From assembly GCA_964409875.1 (NCBI GenBank), contig CAYPEN010000002.1:274630-338629 (forward strand): a stretch of DNA of 64,000 nt, given 5' to 3'. The notes below the pieces were generated by a model, which was not told the origin of the DNA, searched no databases, and saw nothing but the letters and a program-made list of their open reading frames with translations. Positions 34,557 through 45,651 of this stretch are shown in pieces (within the stretch, counting starts at the first letter, position 1; the number at the start of each line of letters is the position of its first letter). Both the position numbers and the translations under genes were made by a program. Source of the DNA: an uncultured Gammaproteobacteria bacterium. GTDB taxonomy: Bacteria; Patescibacteriota; Microgenomatia; Levybacterales; GWA1-39-11.

Positions 34557-36410
34557 TCACCAGTATTCGTTATTTATAATGCTCGTGTCAACATTGTTGT
34601 AAGAAAGCACTTCTTCGGGTAATTCAAATATAAACCGGGAAGGAGTTGCAGTGTTCCTTTGTCCAAAAATAACCCTTTGTTTTGCGTACGTAAGATACAA
34701 ATGTTCTTTTGCCCGAGTTACGCCCACATAGCATAGTCTGCGTTCTTCCTCGATATCTCCGTAGTCAAATAGTGCTTGCGCATGAGGAAAAACTCCTTCT
34801 TCGAGCCCGACAATAAATACCATCCGGAATTCCAATCCTTTTGCTGCATGCATCGTCATAAGAGTCACTGCATCATCATTGTCAGATACTCTTTGTCCAT
34901 CCGGCATATATTCTTGCTCAACCAGGGCTACGTTTTCAAGAAATGATATGAGATTTGGAAATTCGATGGCAACGGAACGGAGCTCTTTTATATTTTCAAG
35001 GCGCGCTCTATCCTCAACATCTTCCGGATCATATCTCTCAAGGTACAATGAGCGCTTGAGTACTTCATCAATTATTTCAAGTGTCTCCTTTGTCTCTATA
35101 TAATTTCCCTCATTGAACTCCTGTCTGTAAAACTCAAATTCTTCAAACCGTTTTTTGCCTAATTTTTGAAGCCTTTTAAGAGCTGCCGCATCCATAGGGT
35201 TTGCAAGATACGAAAGGAATGAGAGGACATCCTTTACCTCTTTCCTGTCGTAAAACCGCACACCTCCGACAAGTTTGTATGGGATACCAAAATGCAGAAA
35301 AACCTCCTCAATCGTTCTGGACTGCGCATTCATGCGGTATAAAATTGCAACATCGGAAAGGCTGAACTCAGGATCAAAACGTTTCTTGTTGTTTATCGTT
35401 TTAACAATATATTCGGCTTCTTTATGCTCATTGTCCGCTTCGAAAATGCTGATTTCCTCGCCCGCTTTGTTGTCTGTCCAGAGTTGGAGTACAGGATGAG
35501 ACGAATTATTGGAAATAATAGCATATGCAGCATCCAAAATGGTTTGAGTAGAGCGGTAGTTTTGGGAAAGCTTAAAAACTTTTGCGTTGGGAAAGTCTGT
35601 CCTGAATTTTTCAAGATTTTTATAATCTGCTCCTCTAAATGAATAGATACTTTGCGAGAAATCACCGACGATACAGATATTGTTGTGTTTTCCACCTAAG
35701 TATTTGGTCAAGCGGAATTGGCTTATGTTAGTATCCTGATACTCATCAACAAGGATATATTGAAACCGTTCCTGGTAATATTCGAGAATAGATGGAGCCT
35801 GTTTGAACAATTCAATAACCTTATTTAAAAGATCATCGAAATCAACAGCATTTCTTTCTGCAAGTAGCGTTTGATAAAGCGGATAGATTTTTGCAACCCT
35901 TTCCTGTATGTACCCCCTTGCATATTGTGCGTATTGGACTGGTTCTATCATTTGATTTTTTGCAGCAGAAATTGCCTCAAGAGCAGCTTTGGGACGGATG
36001 TCTTTTGGGGATAATTCCAATTTTTCAAGACAATCCTTAATGGTATCCAGTTGGTCAGCGGTATCATAAATGACGAAATTGTGAGGAATTCCGATAGCAA
36101 CCCCATTTCTTCTCAGAATCTTCGCGCACAGGGAATGAAAGGTCGCAACAGTGGGTTCTTCGGATGTCTTTTTAAATAATTGGAGCACGTTTCGTATCCT
36201 TTCCTTCATTTCTCCTGCAGCTTTATTTGAGAACGTGACCATGAGAATGTTTTGCGCAGGAATCCCCTTTTCGACCATTAGGTACAACACTTTATGCACA
36301 AGCACCCTTGTCTTACCGCTTCCTGCACCGGCCAAAACAATGGTTGGTCCTTCTGTATTGATGACTGCCTCTTTCTGTTCCGGATTTAATTTATTGAGAA
36401 TGTCTTCCAT
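34557..36410 (-). CDS. UvrD/PcrA-type SF1 DNA helicase
   Basis: LNPEQKEAV, Walker A LAGAGSGKT, VTFSNKAAGEM and DEYQDTN motifs. Confidence 0.9.
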   Translation of the reverse strand: MEDILNKLNPEQKEAVINTEGPTIVLAGAGSGKTRVLVHKVLYLMVEKGIPAQNILMVTFSNKAAGEMKERIRNVLQLFKKTSEEPTVATFHSLCAKILRRNGVAIGIPHNFVIYDTADQLDTIKDCLEKLELSPKDIRPKAALEAISAAKNQMIEPVQYAQYARGYIQERVAKIYPLYQTLLAERNAVDFDDLLNKVIELFKQAPSILEYYQERFQYILVDEYQDTNISQFRLTKYLGGKHNNICIVGDFSQSIYSFRGADYKNLEKFRTDFPNAKVFKLSQNYRSTQTILDAAYAIISNNSSHPVLQLWTDNKAGEEISIFEADNEHKEAEYIVKTINNKKRFDPEFSLSDVAILYRMNAQSRTIEEVFLHFGIPYKLVGGVRFYDRKEVKDVLSFLSYLANPMDAAALKRLQKLGKKRFEEFEFYRQEFNEGNYIETKETLEIIDEVLKRSLYLERYDPEDVEDRARLENIKELRSVAIEFPNLISFLENVALVEQEYMPDGQRVSDNDDAVTLMTMHAAKGLEFRMVFIVGLEEGVFPHAQALFDYGDIEEERRLCYVGVTRAKEHLYLTYAKQRVIFGQRNTATPSRFIFELPEEVLSYNNVDTSIINNEYW

Positions 36411-36493
36411 TTACTGCTATAATTTATCTACGTTGAAATACAAGTTTTGGTGTGTATAATTATACGCTACTCAAAACCTGAAACCTATTCCTC

Positions 36494-37156
36494 ATGAACA
36501 AAAAATTCTATATAGCCAATTGGAAATCCCACAAAACAGAGGATGAGGCTTTGTCTTTTTTTGAAACCTTTCAGAATGGGATTTTGGAAAAAAATCTATC
36601 GGATAAAGAGGTAGTTATCGCACCACCTTTCACTTTACTTGCAAAATGCCGTCATCTTGTAGATGAATATAAGCTTCCTATAAGCCTTTGTGGGCAGAAT
36701 GCTTCTTCGTATCCTGAAGGCGCATATACGGGGGAAGTGAGCGCTCGTCAAGTTAAAGAGTTTGCATCATATGTTATTGTTGGACATTCCGAAAGAAGAA
36801 GGTATTTACACGAATCTGAGAGTGATATCGAAAATAAAGTGCGGGAGGCCATAGAACAAGGGCTTACTGTGGTTCAATGTATCCAGGATGAAAATGATGT
36901 AGTGCATCATGGTGTTGGTATTGTAGCGTACGAGCCACCAAGTGCTATTGGCACCGGTAATCCCGATACTCCCGAGCATATAGCGGAAGTGTTTGATGTT
37001 ATAACATCACAAAATCCAACCGTTAGCGTGCTTTATGGAGGAAGTGTAGCACCGGAAAATATTCAGAAATTTTTGCAAATTGAAAAGTTAGACGGATTTC
37101 TTATCGGAGGCGCAAGCCTTGAAGCCGATTCCTTCTTGCAACTTCTTTCATGGTAA
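36494..37156 (+). CDS. tpiA: Triosephosphate isomerase
   Basis: ANWK, VIVGHSERR, AYEPPSAIGTG and YGGSV motifs. Confidence 0.9.
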   Translation: MNKKFYIANWKSHKTEDEALSFFETFQNGILEKNLSDKEVVIAPPFTLLAKCRHLVDEYKLPISLCGQNASSYPEGAYTGEVSARQVKEFASYVIVGHSERRRYLHESESDIENKVREAIEQGLTVVQCIQDENDVVHHGVGIVAYEPPSAIGTGNPDTPEHIAEVFDVITSQNPTVSVLYGGSVAPENIQKFLQIEKLDGFLIGGASLEADSFLQLLSW

Positions 37157-38313
37157 AAGAAACAAAACTCCAGAAAAAAAACATTTTGCTGCTTGTCGGT
37201 GTTGTTGCACTTATTCTTATTGGTATTTTTAGAACCCAAATCAATACGCTTCTTGGGCTTTTTTATGGGGTTGCAATAGACAAAGCAATTCATTTGACAA
37301 AACCGCAAAAAGAATCTTTCAATTTGTTATTAATGGGAATAGGAGGAGGAAAACATGATGGGCCTAACTTAACGGATACAATTATTATGACCAATATAAA
37401 TGTAAAAACCAAGAAGGTGTCAATGTTCTCAATTCCCAGGGACTTATGGATTCCTGATGCTCATGACAAAATAAATGCAATATATGCGTACGCACAAAAA
37501 GATAATAAGGGACTCCAGTCGGCACGGGAAGCACTGCAAAAAGTGACAGGGCAGAGCGCAGATTACATAATAGTTTTGGATTTTGAAGGATTTACAAAAA
37601 TGGTGGATTACCTTGGTGGAATTGATGTAAATGTTGAGCGGACATTTCAGGATTATGAATATCCGATTTCAGGAGAGGAGGAAAATACATGCGGTAAGAA
37701 TGAGGATGAGTTGAAAGCATTAGCGACGGCATCATCGCAACTTGAAGCATTCCCTTGCCGTTATAAGACAATTTCATTTACGAAAGGATTAACAACAATG
37801 GATGGTGAAACTGCGTTGGAGTATGTGAGGAGTAGACACGGAAATAACGGGGAAGGAAGTGATTTTGCAAGGAGTAAGAGACAAGAATTGGTTATAGGTG
37901 CTCTTAAAGAAAAGGCTTTTTCATTAGGGGTAATACTCAATCCTGTAAAGCTCATTGGCATATATAATATTTTGAAAGCTAATATTAATACCGATATAAA
38001 TCCGGATAAAATAGATGATTTTATAAAACTTGCGCAAAAATTAAAGGAGGGACAGATTAAAAGCTATGTTATTGACCAGGGAAATGCATCCGAAAAGCGA
38101 TACGGGCTTCTGATAAACCCTCCGATAACTGAGGAATATGCTTTTAAGTGGGTTTTATCTCCGCGACTTGGAAACGGGAACTTTACCGAAATTCAGCAAT
38201 ATGTATCCTGCAGTATTTTAAGCGAGACATGTTCTGTTGGAGAAAATGGGATTATTACACCAACTCCGACACTTAAGGTTAGCCCGTCAGACACCTCGAC
38301 TATAAAGAGATAA
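37150..38313 (+). CDS. LytR-CpsA-Psr (LCP) family cell-envelope phosphotransferase
   Basis: N-terminal TM. LLMGIGGGKHDGPNLTDTIIM...FSIPRDLW matches the LCP core. Confidence 0.75.
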   Translation: MVKETKLQKKNILLLVGVVALILIGIFRTQINTLLGLFYGVAIDKAIHLTKPQKESFNLLLMGIGGGKHDGPNLTDTIIMTNINVKTKKVSMFSIPRDLWIPDAHDKINAIYAYAQKDNKGLQSAREALQKVTGQSADYIIVLDFEGFTKMVDYLGGIDVNVERTFQDYEYPISGEEENTCGKNEDELKALATASSQLEAFPCRYKTISFTKGLTTMDGETALEYVRSRHGNNGEGSDFARSKRQELVIGALKEKAFSLGVILNPVKLIGIYNILKANINTDINPDKIDDFIKLAQKLKEGQIKSYVIDQGNASEKRYGLLINPPITEEYAFKWVLSPRLGNGNFTEIQQYVSCSILSETCSVGENGIITPTPTLKVSPSDTSTIKR

Positions 38314-40450
38314 GTTTATAAATTCTTGTGTTCCCACTTCGATATACAACTTTTCCTAATTGGGAGAATTTTGCTTCATATAAATTAGGATACTTCGAAC
38401 GTTCCGAATCGCCAACTATAACATAAGATATATGATACTTACGGATGAGCGGAGTTGTTTGTTGGGGACTGCCCTCATACAATGTCTTAATATCTTCTAG
38501 ACGTGATTGGGGAAAACTATAATCTCCTCGCCATAACCACTCATGAACCGTCCATCCAAGCGGGGTCGGGAGACCGGTGTTTGCGGAAATGCGTTCATAG
38601 TCTGTGTAGGAATCTCCTTGTGCCTCAAGAAGTACTGGTTGTCCGGTTATATTTTTTTGTATCCAAAGGACAGCATTATAGTCATCGGGATAAATAGTTT
38701 TAAGATATGATAAACCATCGAGACCCTTATAGGTTTTCAAGTTTCCAAAATAAGAGCTAACAGCAAAATATGAGTACGACAATATAAGTGCCAATAATGC
38801 AAAAGTGATGGGAAGCCAGAGGAACCGTCTTCCTTTATGAAATAGATATGCAATTGAAAAACTGGTGACTAACGAAAGCATTATGAAAGCCTGATACCCC
38901 AGTTTAAACATTGTATTCGCACGGTAGTGTGCGGGGTAAATATCTTTAGCATATATAAATTCCGGTGTGGCAATAAGGATTGTTGAAAGCAATATTAAAA
39001 GGAGCAAAAAAATGAGAGTCGGAGGTGTCTTTTTTAATTTCATAATTTTGATAATTAACGAAATGGAAAAAAAATAAAAGAATCCGTACAAAACAACAAG
39101 CATCCAAAAAGGAGAACGTTGGCAATGGTTTGGCTCGAAGAGGAAGGGACCCAATTTGCCCATGTGTACCAAAAAGTTTGGTGCACACACTACTCCTATT
39201 CCGGAAACAAAAGGCTTGAAATGAAGATTGAATGGAAACACGAACACGAGATACCCAATTGCTGCAAAACCGGTAAGTTGTAATGTTTTAAAAACGTACG
39301 CTTTCTTATGAGTAATAAGGTTAAGCTTTTCTTTGATATGGTACCATTTTATGGAGGTTTTATTTTTTCTTAATTTCAATATATCGCTTTTTAGGAGCAG
39401 CGTTGTGAATGAGAAGAGAACAAAATAAATAATTCCATCCCAAGCATTTGTCATGTACATCACAGCAAGCATAAATGAAATGAGTAATGTTTTTTTATAA
39501 GTAACTTTTTTTGTTAAGAAAACAGAATATAGAAGTGCAAGAGTCAGAAACACAAATGGAATGTCTAACACGTGTCCATGAAGATCAGAAACAACAAATG
39601 AATAAGAGGGAAATTCATGGATGGTAAAAGGAATAAATCTCGTTGCATTCGGATACCAATAATTGTTAGGGAAAGAAAATGGAAGGAATTTAAGTTGCCA
39701 AAAAGGGACTGGATTTTCGGGAGGTGTGTAGGGAGCAAAAAAAGCGTAGAGTGTTTGAAGATTTCCTCCAAAACTGACAATAAGTCCTCCGAGAATCCCC
39801 GTTAAGATACTTGTCCGTCTTATTTTTAAGACATCATAGGTTAGTGTCGACACAATTGAAAAGGCACAAGTCATAGTGAATGCAAAAATGGATACAAGCA
39901 TCAGATTAAAGGAAATGAAAGGTGATATTTGTGTAAGTTTTATGAGTAGTGCAGTTACAAAATGACCGAAATAATAATAGTTAATGGGAAATGGCGGGAA
40001 CCACATATCTTGTGGTGGAAAATAATTGCTTCTGAGAATGGAATTCATAAATCCGAAGTCCATAAATTTTTCTAGACCATGAATATCCGGTTGAAAACTT
40101 TTTACATACGCCCAAAGAAATAAAGATAAAAAGAAGAAAACTTCTTGAAAAATGATAATTCCAACTTCTCTTTTAAGAAGCCGAACTGGTTTTTTTCTTA
40201 AAATAATAATATCTAGTAAGACAAAACAAGCTATTACTAATGCGATGGTAAGACGAGTAAAGGGGAGAATATGAAATGTTCCTAAAATAAATACGAGATA
40301 AGAAATAACGACAAGTCCCAATATTTTAGCGAAGATGTAGCCTCTATCAATAAATTTGCTGAAAATAGGATAACTTATTGGCAGAAAAAGCATTCCTATT
40401 CCAAATAAGAAAAGCCACCATTTCAGAATGTAGAAAAAGTCATTTCCCAT
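38300..40450 (-). CDS. Large polytopic membrane protein (DUF2298/YYY-like, putative glycosyltransferase-type)
   Basis: At least 14 hydrophobic helices. The C-terminal soluble domain has ...WLWRGDYSF...YVIVGDSERSKY. Confidence 0.45.
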   Translation of the reverse strand: MGNDFFYILKWWLFLFGIGMLFLPISYPIFSKFIDRGYIFAKILGLVVISYLVFILGTFHILPFTRLTIALVIACFVLLDIIILRKKPVRLLKREVGIIIFQEVFFFLSLFLWAYVKSFQPDIHGLEKFMDFGFMNSILRSNYFPPQDMWFPPFPINYYYFGHFVTALLIKLTQISPFISFNLMLVSIFAFTMTCAFSIVSTLTYDVLKIRRTSILTGILGGLIVSFGGNLQTLYAFFAPYTPPENPVPFWQLKFLPFSFPNNYWYPNATRFIPFTIHEFPSYSFVVSDLHGHVLDIPFVFLTLALLYSVFLTKKVTYKKTLLISFMLAVMYMTNAWDGIIYFVLFSFTTLLLKSDILKLRKNKTSIKWYHIKEKLNLITHKKAYVFKTLQLTGFAAIGYLVFVFPFNLHFKPFVSGIGVVCAPNFLVHMGKLGPFLFEPNHCQRSPFWMLVVLYGFFYFFSISLIIKIMKLKKTPPTLIFLLLLILLSTILIATPEFIYAKDIYPAHYRANTMFKLGYQAFIMLSLVTSFSIAYLFHKGRRFLWLPITFALLALILSYSYFAVSSYFGNLKTYKGLDGLSYLKTIYPDDYNAVLWIQKNITGQPVLLEAQGDSYTDYERISANTGLPTPLGWTVHEWLWRGDYSFPQSRLEDIKTLYEGSPQQTTPLIRKYHISYVIVGDSERSKYPNLYEAKFSQLGKVVYRSGNTRIYKLISL

Positions 40451-41027
40451 TTGCGATTAGATTCTCCAACTCTTTTAGATTTGTAATTGCAGTAACATTT
40501 TTTGGAAGAGGTCCTTCGTTTTTTCTCCCATCTCTTAGCCAATATATTTTAAGATCTGGGATTTTCCGGGAAAGGTATAGTGCAAGATCCAGGTCATCGT
40601 CAACATAAGTGTCTATTTTTAATTTTTTAATAGTTTCTTCTTTAAATGCGTGGGGTTGTTGATTCAGAAAATTAAAATAGACGCCGTCAAAATATTTTTC
40701 CAATTTGTACTTTTCCATTATGGCTTGTGTTCTTTTATTCAAAAAACCAAAACGGCTTGAAACCAGATAGGTTTTGCTTTTTTTACCGGAGGCAATCCTT
40801 TTGAGGCTGTCAACATTTCCCCTGATAATGTGCCGGAAGATAGGGTAATGAGAAAGAATCCGTATTTTCTGCTCTACCGTTCCGGGAAAGCGGTAATGAA
40901 GTACAACATTTTTTGTTCTATTCTTCCGAAATACAAGAGATCCTTTATATAGATAATCAACGAGTGTATATGGAATAAAGGGAGGATAATCGATGAATAC
41001 CTTATCGAAATCAAAACCTAACGTCAT
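40440..41027 (-). CDS. HAD-superfamily hydrolase
   Basis: The N-terminal GFDFDKVFID matches HAD motif I (DxDx[TV]). Confidence 0.5.
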   Translation of the reverse strand: MTLGFDFDKVFIDYPPFIPYTLVDYLYKGSLVFRKNRTKNVVLHYRFPGTVEQKIRILSHYPIFRHIIRGNVDSLKRIASGKKSKTYLVSSRFGFLNKRTQAIMEKYKLEKYFDGVYFNFLNQQPHAFKEETIKKLKIDTYVDDDLDLALYLSRKIPDLKIYWLRDGRKNEGPLPKNVTAITNLKELENLIANGK

Positions 41028-41029
41028 AG

Positions 41030-42076
41030 TTACTTAAAAAATTTTTGCGCGAAATCAACCAGTTTAAAATTCCAAACCGTTCGGTGGGTGGTACCTTCAC
41101 GCCCGATGAATTCTTTCCGATGGTTTTTGTACCAATCATAGCTTTCAAAAAGAATATCCTGATTGCTCTTTGTTGCTTTGTATCCTAATTTTTTCTCAGC
41201 TTTCTCAATACTTACATAAGAGTCAACCGGAAATGTTTTATAATGCCAAGCAACCAGAGGAGAGAGATTGAAAAATTCCAAAATAGAAAGAGCCAGTTGG
41301 GTCGGAAGCACAGGGAGAGAAATTATTCTTGATTTTGAATTTGCATGTTTTATAAGTGCTCCCAAGTCTTGTCTCCATGTTCCGAATTTTTTAGCTCCTA
41401 TGTTAAATATTTCTCCACTTATCCGTGTTGCAAGGGAGGATTCTATTGCTTTTGCCAAGTCTCCAACTTCAAGAAGCTGATACAGATTGTTCCCATTTCC
41501 CAATATAAAAACTGGTCTGTTGTTATAAATTGCTTCAAACCAAATAGTAAAAACTCCAAGCCTTTCGGGTCCCAAAAAAGACTTTGGTCTTAAAATGTTA
41601 ATTTTCAGTCCTTTTTTTTGGTAAGAAAGACACAGTTTTTCTGCTTGCGCTTTACTTTCACCGTAATGCCCTATCGGATATATTTTATCGGTTTCGGTTT
41701 CCGGCAGGGTCCGTGGGACGCCATACATTGCAGTGGTTGAAATAAATATGAGTTTTTTTATTTTATTCTTCAAAGACGCCTTAAGAACCTGTCTTGTGCC
41801 ATTTACATTTACATCAAAAATATAATTCCTATCATGATGTATTGGTAAAGCTGCGGCTGCATGAACGACGTACGTTATCTGTGCTAATGCCTTTTCAAGA
41901 CTGGTGTAGTCCCTAATATCTGCGTTAACAACATTCACTTTTCCGATGATGTCTTTGGCAGTAAGGGGAGCAGTATCCAGAAGAGTTACACGGTATTTTT
42001 TTTTCAAAAAGTAACGGGCAAGATGTACACCAAGAAACCCTGTACCGCCTGTTATGAGAATGCGTGGTTGTGTCAT
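41030..42076 (-). CDS. NAD-dependent sugar epimerase/dehydratase
   Basis: Rossmann motif ILITGGTGFLG plus YxxxK (HYGESKAQAE). The start was taken at the internal Met (MTQPR). Confidence 0.8.
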   Translation of the reverse strand: MTQPRILITGGTGFLGVHLARYFLKKKYRVTLLDTAPLTAKDIIGKVNVVNADIRDYTSLEKALAQITYVVHAAAALPIHHDRNYIFDVNVNGTRQVLKASLKNKIKKLIFISTTAMYGVPRTLPETETDKIYPIGHYGESKAQAEKLCLSYQKKGLKINILRPKSFLGPERLGVFTIWFEAIYNNRPVFILGNGNNLYQLLEVGDLAKAIESSLATRISGEIFNIGAKKFGTWRQDLGALIKHANSKSRIISLPVLPTQLALSILEFFNLSPLVAWHYKTFPVDSYVSIEKAEKKLGYKATKSNQDILFESYDWYKNHRKEFIGREGTTHRTVWNFKLVDFAQKFFK

Positions 42077-42086
42077 ATATATGAGT

Positions 42087-42185
42087 GTTTTACTCCGTAT
42101 AAGCAGAGCTTTACTCCGTATAAACAAGTTTTACTCCGTATAAGCAGAGCTTTACTCCGTATAAACAAGTTTTACTTTGTATAAT
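42087..42185. repeat. 41-bp tandem repeat (about 2.4 copies; core tttactccgtataa occurs 5 times) in the 5' UTR of the epimerase gene
   Basis: gttttactccgtataagcagagctttactccgtataaacaa is repeated at 42087-42127 and 42128-42168, with a partial third copy. Confidence 0.8.
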
Positions 42186-42236
42186 TCTAGTCGGAAAGTT
42201 CTTTTAAATCAATCTCTTTTGATATATTCAGAACGC

Positions 42237-43985
42237 TTATTGCTGATTGGTTTTTTTGAATATCATAATTTTCGAGTGGTCATTTACGGTAAATGACTCG
42301 TCGGCAGAGTCATCAATAATTGGAATGTTAAGAACGGGAACGGTTGGATATGATGTAAACTCGGCCACTTTTTTGTAGCCCAGTTGCCCCGAGAAAAGCT
42401 TTTTGTAATATTTTGCAGTCTTCGGATAGCATCTATAGAGGGGTAGTTTACTGCAATCGGTCAATTTTTGAAGAGGAACATACAGCCTGTTTGAAGCAAT
42501 AACGATATATTCACTACTTTTAAGTAATTGATTAATATTCTGCCATTTCTGATTGGTATCCGGATCATAAAGAGGAAGGGTAATTTGGATATAGTTTTCA
42601 TATCCGTATACCGGTAAAGAGTCATCCCAGTGCTCCACAGCAAGGCTGCTTCCATGTGGTATATTTTTGTTTATCCAATTTGATGCTTGAATCCTTGTAT
42701 TTAGTTTTGTGTAGATTGTGGTAAAAGAGATAGGATAAATTAGTACGATTATTAAAAACAAAAAAAGCATAAATTTTTTTGTAATATAATTTACAGGTTT
42801 GAAGCGCGTTAATATTTGCTCTGAAATGAGCCATCCACAAAATAACGCAAGAATTGGATATATAGGAAGCATGTATCTCATCCATCCAACAGCAAAACTT
42901 CCGAAGAGTGCAAAATAAAACAAGAAATAGATGAGCACGATGACGGTTTGTATTGCTTGTAATCTTCCTTTTAGTATTGACTGAAAAAGTTTAATAAATC
43001 CCACTAAAAAGGAAATTCCCATAATAGGACCAATTCCCCATAGAAAAATATTAAGAAATTCATGTAGAAAAGGAATCTTCCCGACATACTGCAATGTGTA
43101 AGGAAAAACAAAAGGATCTTTTGACATTTGAGACTGGGCTACGGTCTGTTTTACAAACTCTTGAAAATCAATGATGGTGTATGGTTGAGTAGCAACAAAA
43201 GTTGCAATGGCTGTTGCAAAAAAAAGAAGCATTTTTGTGAACAAGTGTAATTTTATACCTCTCTTTTTAAATGAACGAAAAATAAGTATCAAAAACAGTC
43301 CTATTATAAGGGGCAAAATTACAAGAGCGCTTACTTTTGTCGCAAGCGCGAGCCCGTAAAATATTCCTAACAATACAAACAACATAGTGCTACGGTTATT
43401 AACTAGAGAAACCAACATCAGAAGCACCCCTGTCATAAAAAAGGTAAGCATTGTATCAACCGTGAAGAAATGAGAAGACTGAATGGGAAAAACAAACAAA
43501 GCATAAGAAAGTGCAGCAAAAAGACCTGTCCTTTTTGAAAAAATTGAAGATGCCAATAGAAAAACAGTAAATATGGTAAAAGTATCAAATGATGCGGAAA
43601 TTATCCTCCCAACAACATACATCTGTGAGTACTCTTTAAAAGCAGGATTTATATTGGAGGCAAATTCGGAAAATATTCTTAAGACATATAAGGGAAAATT
43701 TCCATATGCAAAAAAATGTGGGTTAAGAGGACTTTCTGGTGAAAAGAATTCAGCTAAATTTTGGGGTAATTGTATGGGAACCGTAAACATAACAATCGCT
43801 CGTTCATCAGGATGAAAATAAAAACCGCTGTCCCAATTGACATTAAAAGTTCGGAAGTAAAATCCGACAATTATTATGAGAAGCAGATAAATATATGTTG
43901 AAAATTTCCTCTTCAGTACGATTAGAGAATCAGACAACAAGAAACGTTGATTAATTTTTTTCGGATTATTTTTTTTCTTCACCAT
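42237..43985 (-). CDS. GT-C family membrane glycosyltransferase (ArnT/PMT-like)
   Basis: The first extracytoplasmic loop carries FYFHPDERAIV (the DE motif of ArnT/PMT-type GT-C enzymes). More than 12 TM helices and a C-terminal soluble domain. Confidence 0.55.
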   Translation of the reverse strand: MVKKKNNPKKINQRFLLSDSLIVLKRKFSTYIYLLLIIIVGFYFRTFNVNWDSGFYFHPDERAIVMFTVPIQLPQNLAEFFSPESPLNPHFFAYGNFPLYVLRIFSEFASNINPAFKEYSQMYVVGRIISASFDTFTIFTVFLLASSIFSKRTGLFAALSYALFVFPIQSSHFFTVDTMLTFFMTGVLLMLVSLVNNRSTMLFVLLGIFYGLALATKVSALVILPLIIGLFLILIFRSFKKRGIKLHLFTKMLLFFATAIATFVATQPYTIIDFQEFVKQTVAQSQMSKDPFVFPYTLQYVGKIPFLHEFLNIFLWGIGPIMGISFLVGFIKLFQSILKGRLQAIQTVIVLIYFLFYFALFGSFAVGWMRYMLPIYPILALFCGWLISEQILTRFKPVNYITKKFMLFLFLIIVLIYPISFTTIYTKLNTRIQASNWINKNIPHGSSLAVEHWDDSLPVYGYENYIQITLPLYDPDTNQKWQNINQLLKSSEYIVIASNRLYVPLQKLTDCSKLPLYRCYPKTAKYYKKLFSGQLGYKKVAEFTSYPTVPVLNIPIIDDSADESFTVNDHSKIMIFKKTNQQ

Positions 43986-43989
43986 TCTA

Positions 43990-45651
43990 TTAATTATTGC
44001 CCAATTTTTTGAAAATATAAACGGTTGGTCTATCGAATACATTCACTGTTTGCTCATATGTATAAACAGGGTTTCCGATGTATAAAATGTTGCAAAGAAT
44101 GTCGCAGGGTGTTTCGTAAATCTTTGCGAAATTTCGTTTGTCATCAAAAAGCTTTCTATAAAATTGACTGCTTTTTGGGAATAGTTGTGGGCTCATGAGT
44201 CTAGATTGTACAATCCTTTGACTTGGTAAGATAATAAATTGAGCCAGCTTCAATTCTTTTTTTAATTCTTTTTCTTTTTCCTTAGTATCGTCGAGTTGAT
44301 AAAAATCAAATATTTTAACCGCTGAAAAATAAGGGTTAAAAGGAGTAATCCCTAAATCGTAAGGTTCAGTTAAAATCTTTGCTTCGGACCCTATATTTTT
44401 TCTTGCCCAAGAAAGTGCTTGCAGACGTGTGTCGGTATCAATCAACACAACTTTGAAATATACAAAAGAGTAAAAAATTGAGAAGAAGATAAGTATGCAT
44501 GTCAAATAAAAGGAATACCGTTTCTTTTTGAATATTGCCAAAAAATCAAGTCCTTTAGCAAGGAAGATATATATAAAAGGAAGAGTGGGTATATAATACC
44601 TTGTCCATTTGACAAAAAGAAATGTTTGAGAAAAAAAAGACACCAGAAGGAAAAACATAAGCAATAATATTTTTTGATTCTTGTCTTGCCATATATTTTT
44701 AATTACAAAAGGTGAAACAATTAACACAGATATCGCGACAAACGGGTTAAGGAGAAATGGAAAAATGTGTAGAAACTGGAAAAGAACTGGTATTGAGTGA
44801 GCGAAGGATTGAGTGTAGAAAACAACGTATTTACCCAGCGCAACTCCCGATTCGTAGTTCATGCTATTTAAAAAACTTGCATTATCGAACCAATAAAATG
44901 GAGATGTAAAAAACAGGACAATGAAAGGAATGCCAAGAATAAGAGCGAGTTTTAATATGAGCTTTTCGATAAGGAGGAAATTCCTTTTTTTCTTTTTTAT
45001 AATTTTTCCAACATCATAATACAAAACAAGAAAGAAACAGAGTGGCAAATAGATAAGAGATGAAATTTTTATAGAAAATAAAAATCCTAAAATTATACTT
45101 CCGAATATGATATAGACATTTTTGGATGTTTCCTGATATCGCATTAGAACATACATCAAAAGTAGAGTAAAAAAGGTTAGCCATATTTCAAAAGTTCCGA
45201 AGTGCGCATATTGGATGAGCCCAACACTAAATAGTGAAAAAACCAAACTGATTGTTGCTGCCTTTGTGCCCCCCACTTTTTTTCCTACCGCATATACAAG
45301 TTGAAGAATTATGATACTAAGGAAAAGTGAAAAAATCCTGGAGACAATAATTGCATCTTCAAATAGCACAACTTCAGGTTGAGCTGAAGAAATGTGTAGA
45401 AAATTGCGAACCAAATTGGAAGCAACACCCGTAAAATAAATAGAATAAATAGGAAGTGTTCCGTATGCAAAAAAATGAGGGTTAAGCTGCTCCGGATACT
45501 TGAGCCCACTGACCGAGCTTGCAATATTTCTTTCATCCGGATGAAAGAAAAAAGGACTACCCCAGGATAGATTGTAGGCCCTTAAGAGTATCCCGACACA
45601 TACTAATACTACGAGAATTTTCTTTGTGACCAACGGCAGACTATTCCTCAT
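43990..45651 (-). CDS. GT-C family membrane glycosyltransferase, paralogue of the adjacent gene
   Basis: FFFHPDERNIASS motif and the same architecture as its neighbour. Confidence 0.55.
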   Translation of the reverse strand: MRNSLPLVTKKILVVLVCVGILLRAYNLSWGSPFFFHPDERNIASSVSGLKYPEQLNPHFFAYGTLPIYSIYFTGVASNLVRNFLHISSAQPEVVLFEDAIIVSRIFSLFLSIIILQLVYAVGKKVGGTKAATISLVFSLFSVGLIQYAHFGTFEIWLTFFTLLLMYVLMRYQETSKNVYIIFGSIILGFLFSIKISSLIYLPLCFFLVLYYDVGKIIKKKKRNFLLIEKLILKLALILGIPFIVLFFTSPFYWFDNASFLNSMNYESGVALGKYVVFYTQSFAHSIPVLFQFLHIFPFLLNPFVAISVLIVSPFVIKNIWQDKNQKILLLMFFLLVSFFSQTFLFVKWTRYYIPTLPFIYIFLAKGLDFLAIFKKKRYSFYLTCILIFFSIFYSFVYFKVVLIDTDTRLQALSWARKNIGSEAKILTEPYDLGITPFNPYFSAVKIFDFYQLDDTKEKEKELKKELKLAQFIILPSQRIVQSRLMSPQLFPKSSQFYRKLFDDKRNFAKIYETPCDILCNILYIGNPVYTYEQTVNVFDRPTVYIFKKLGNN

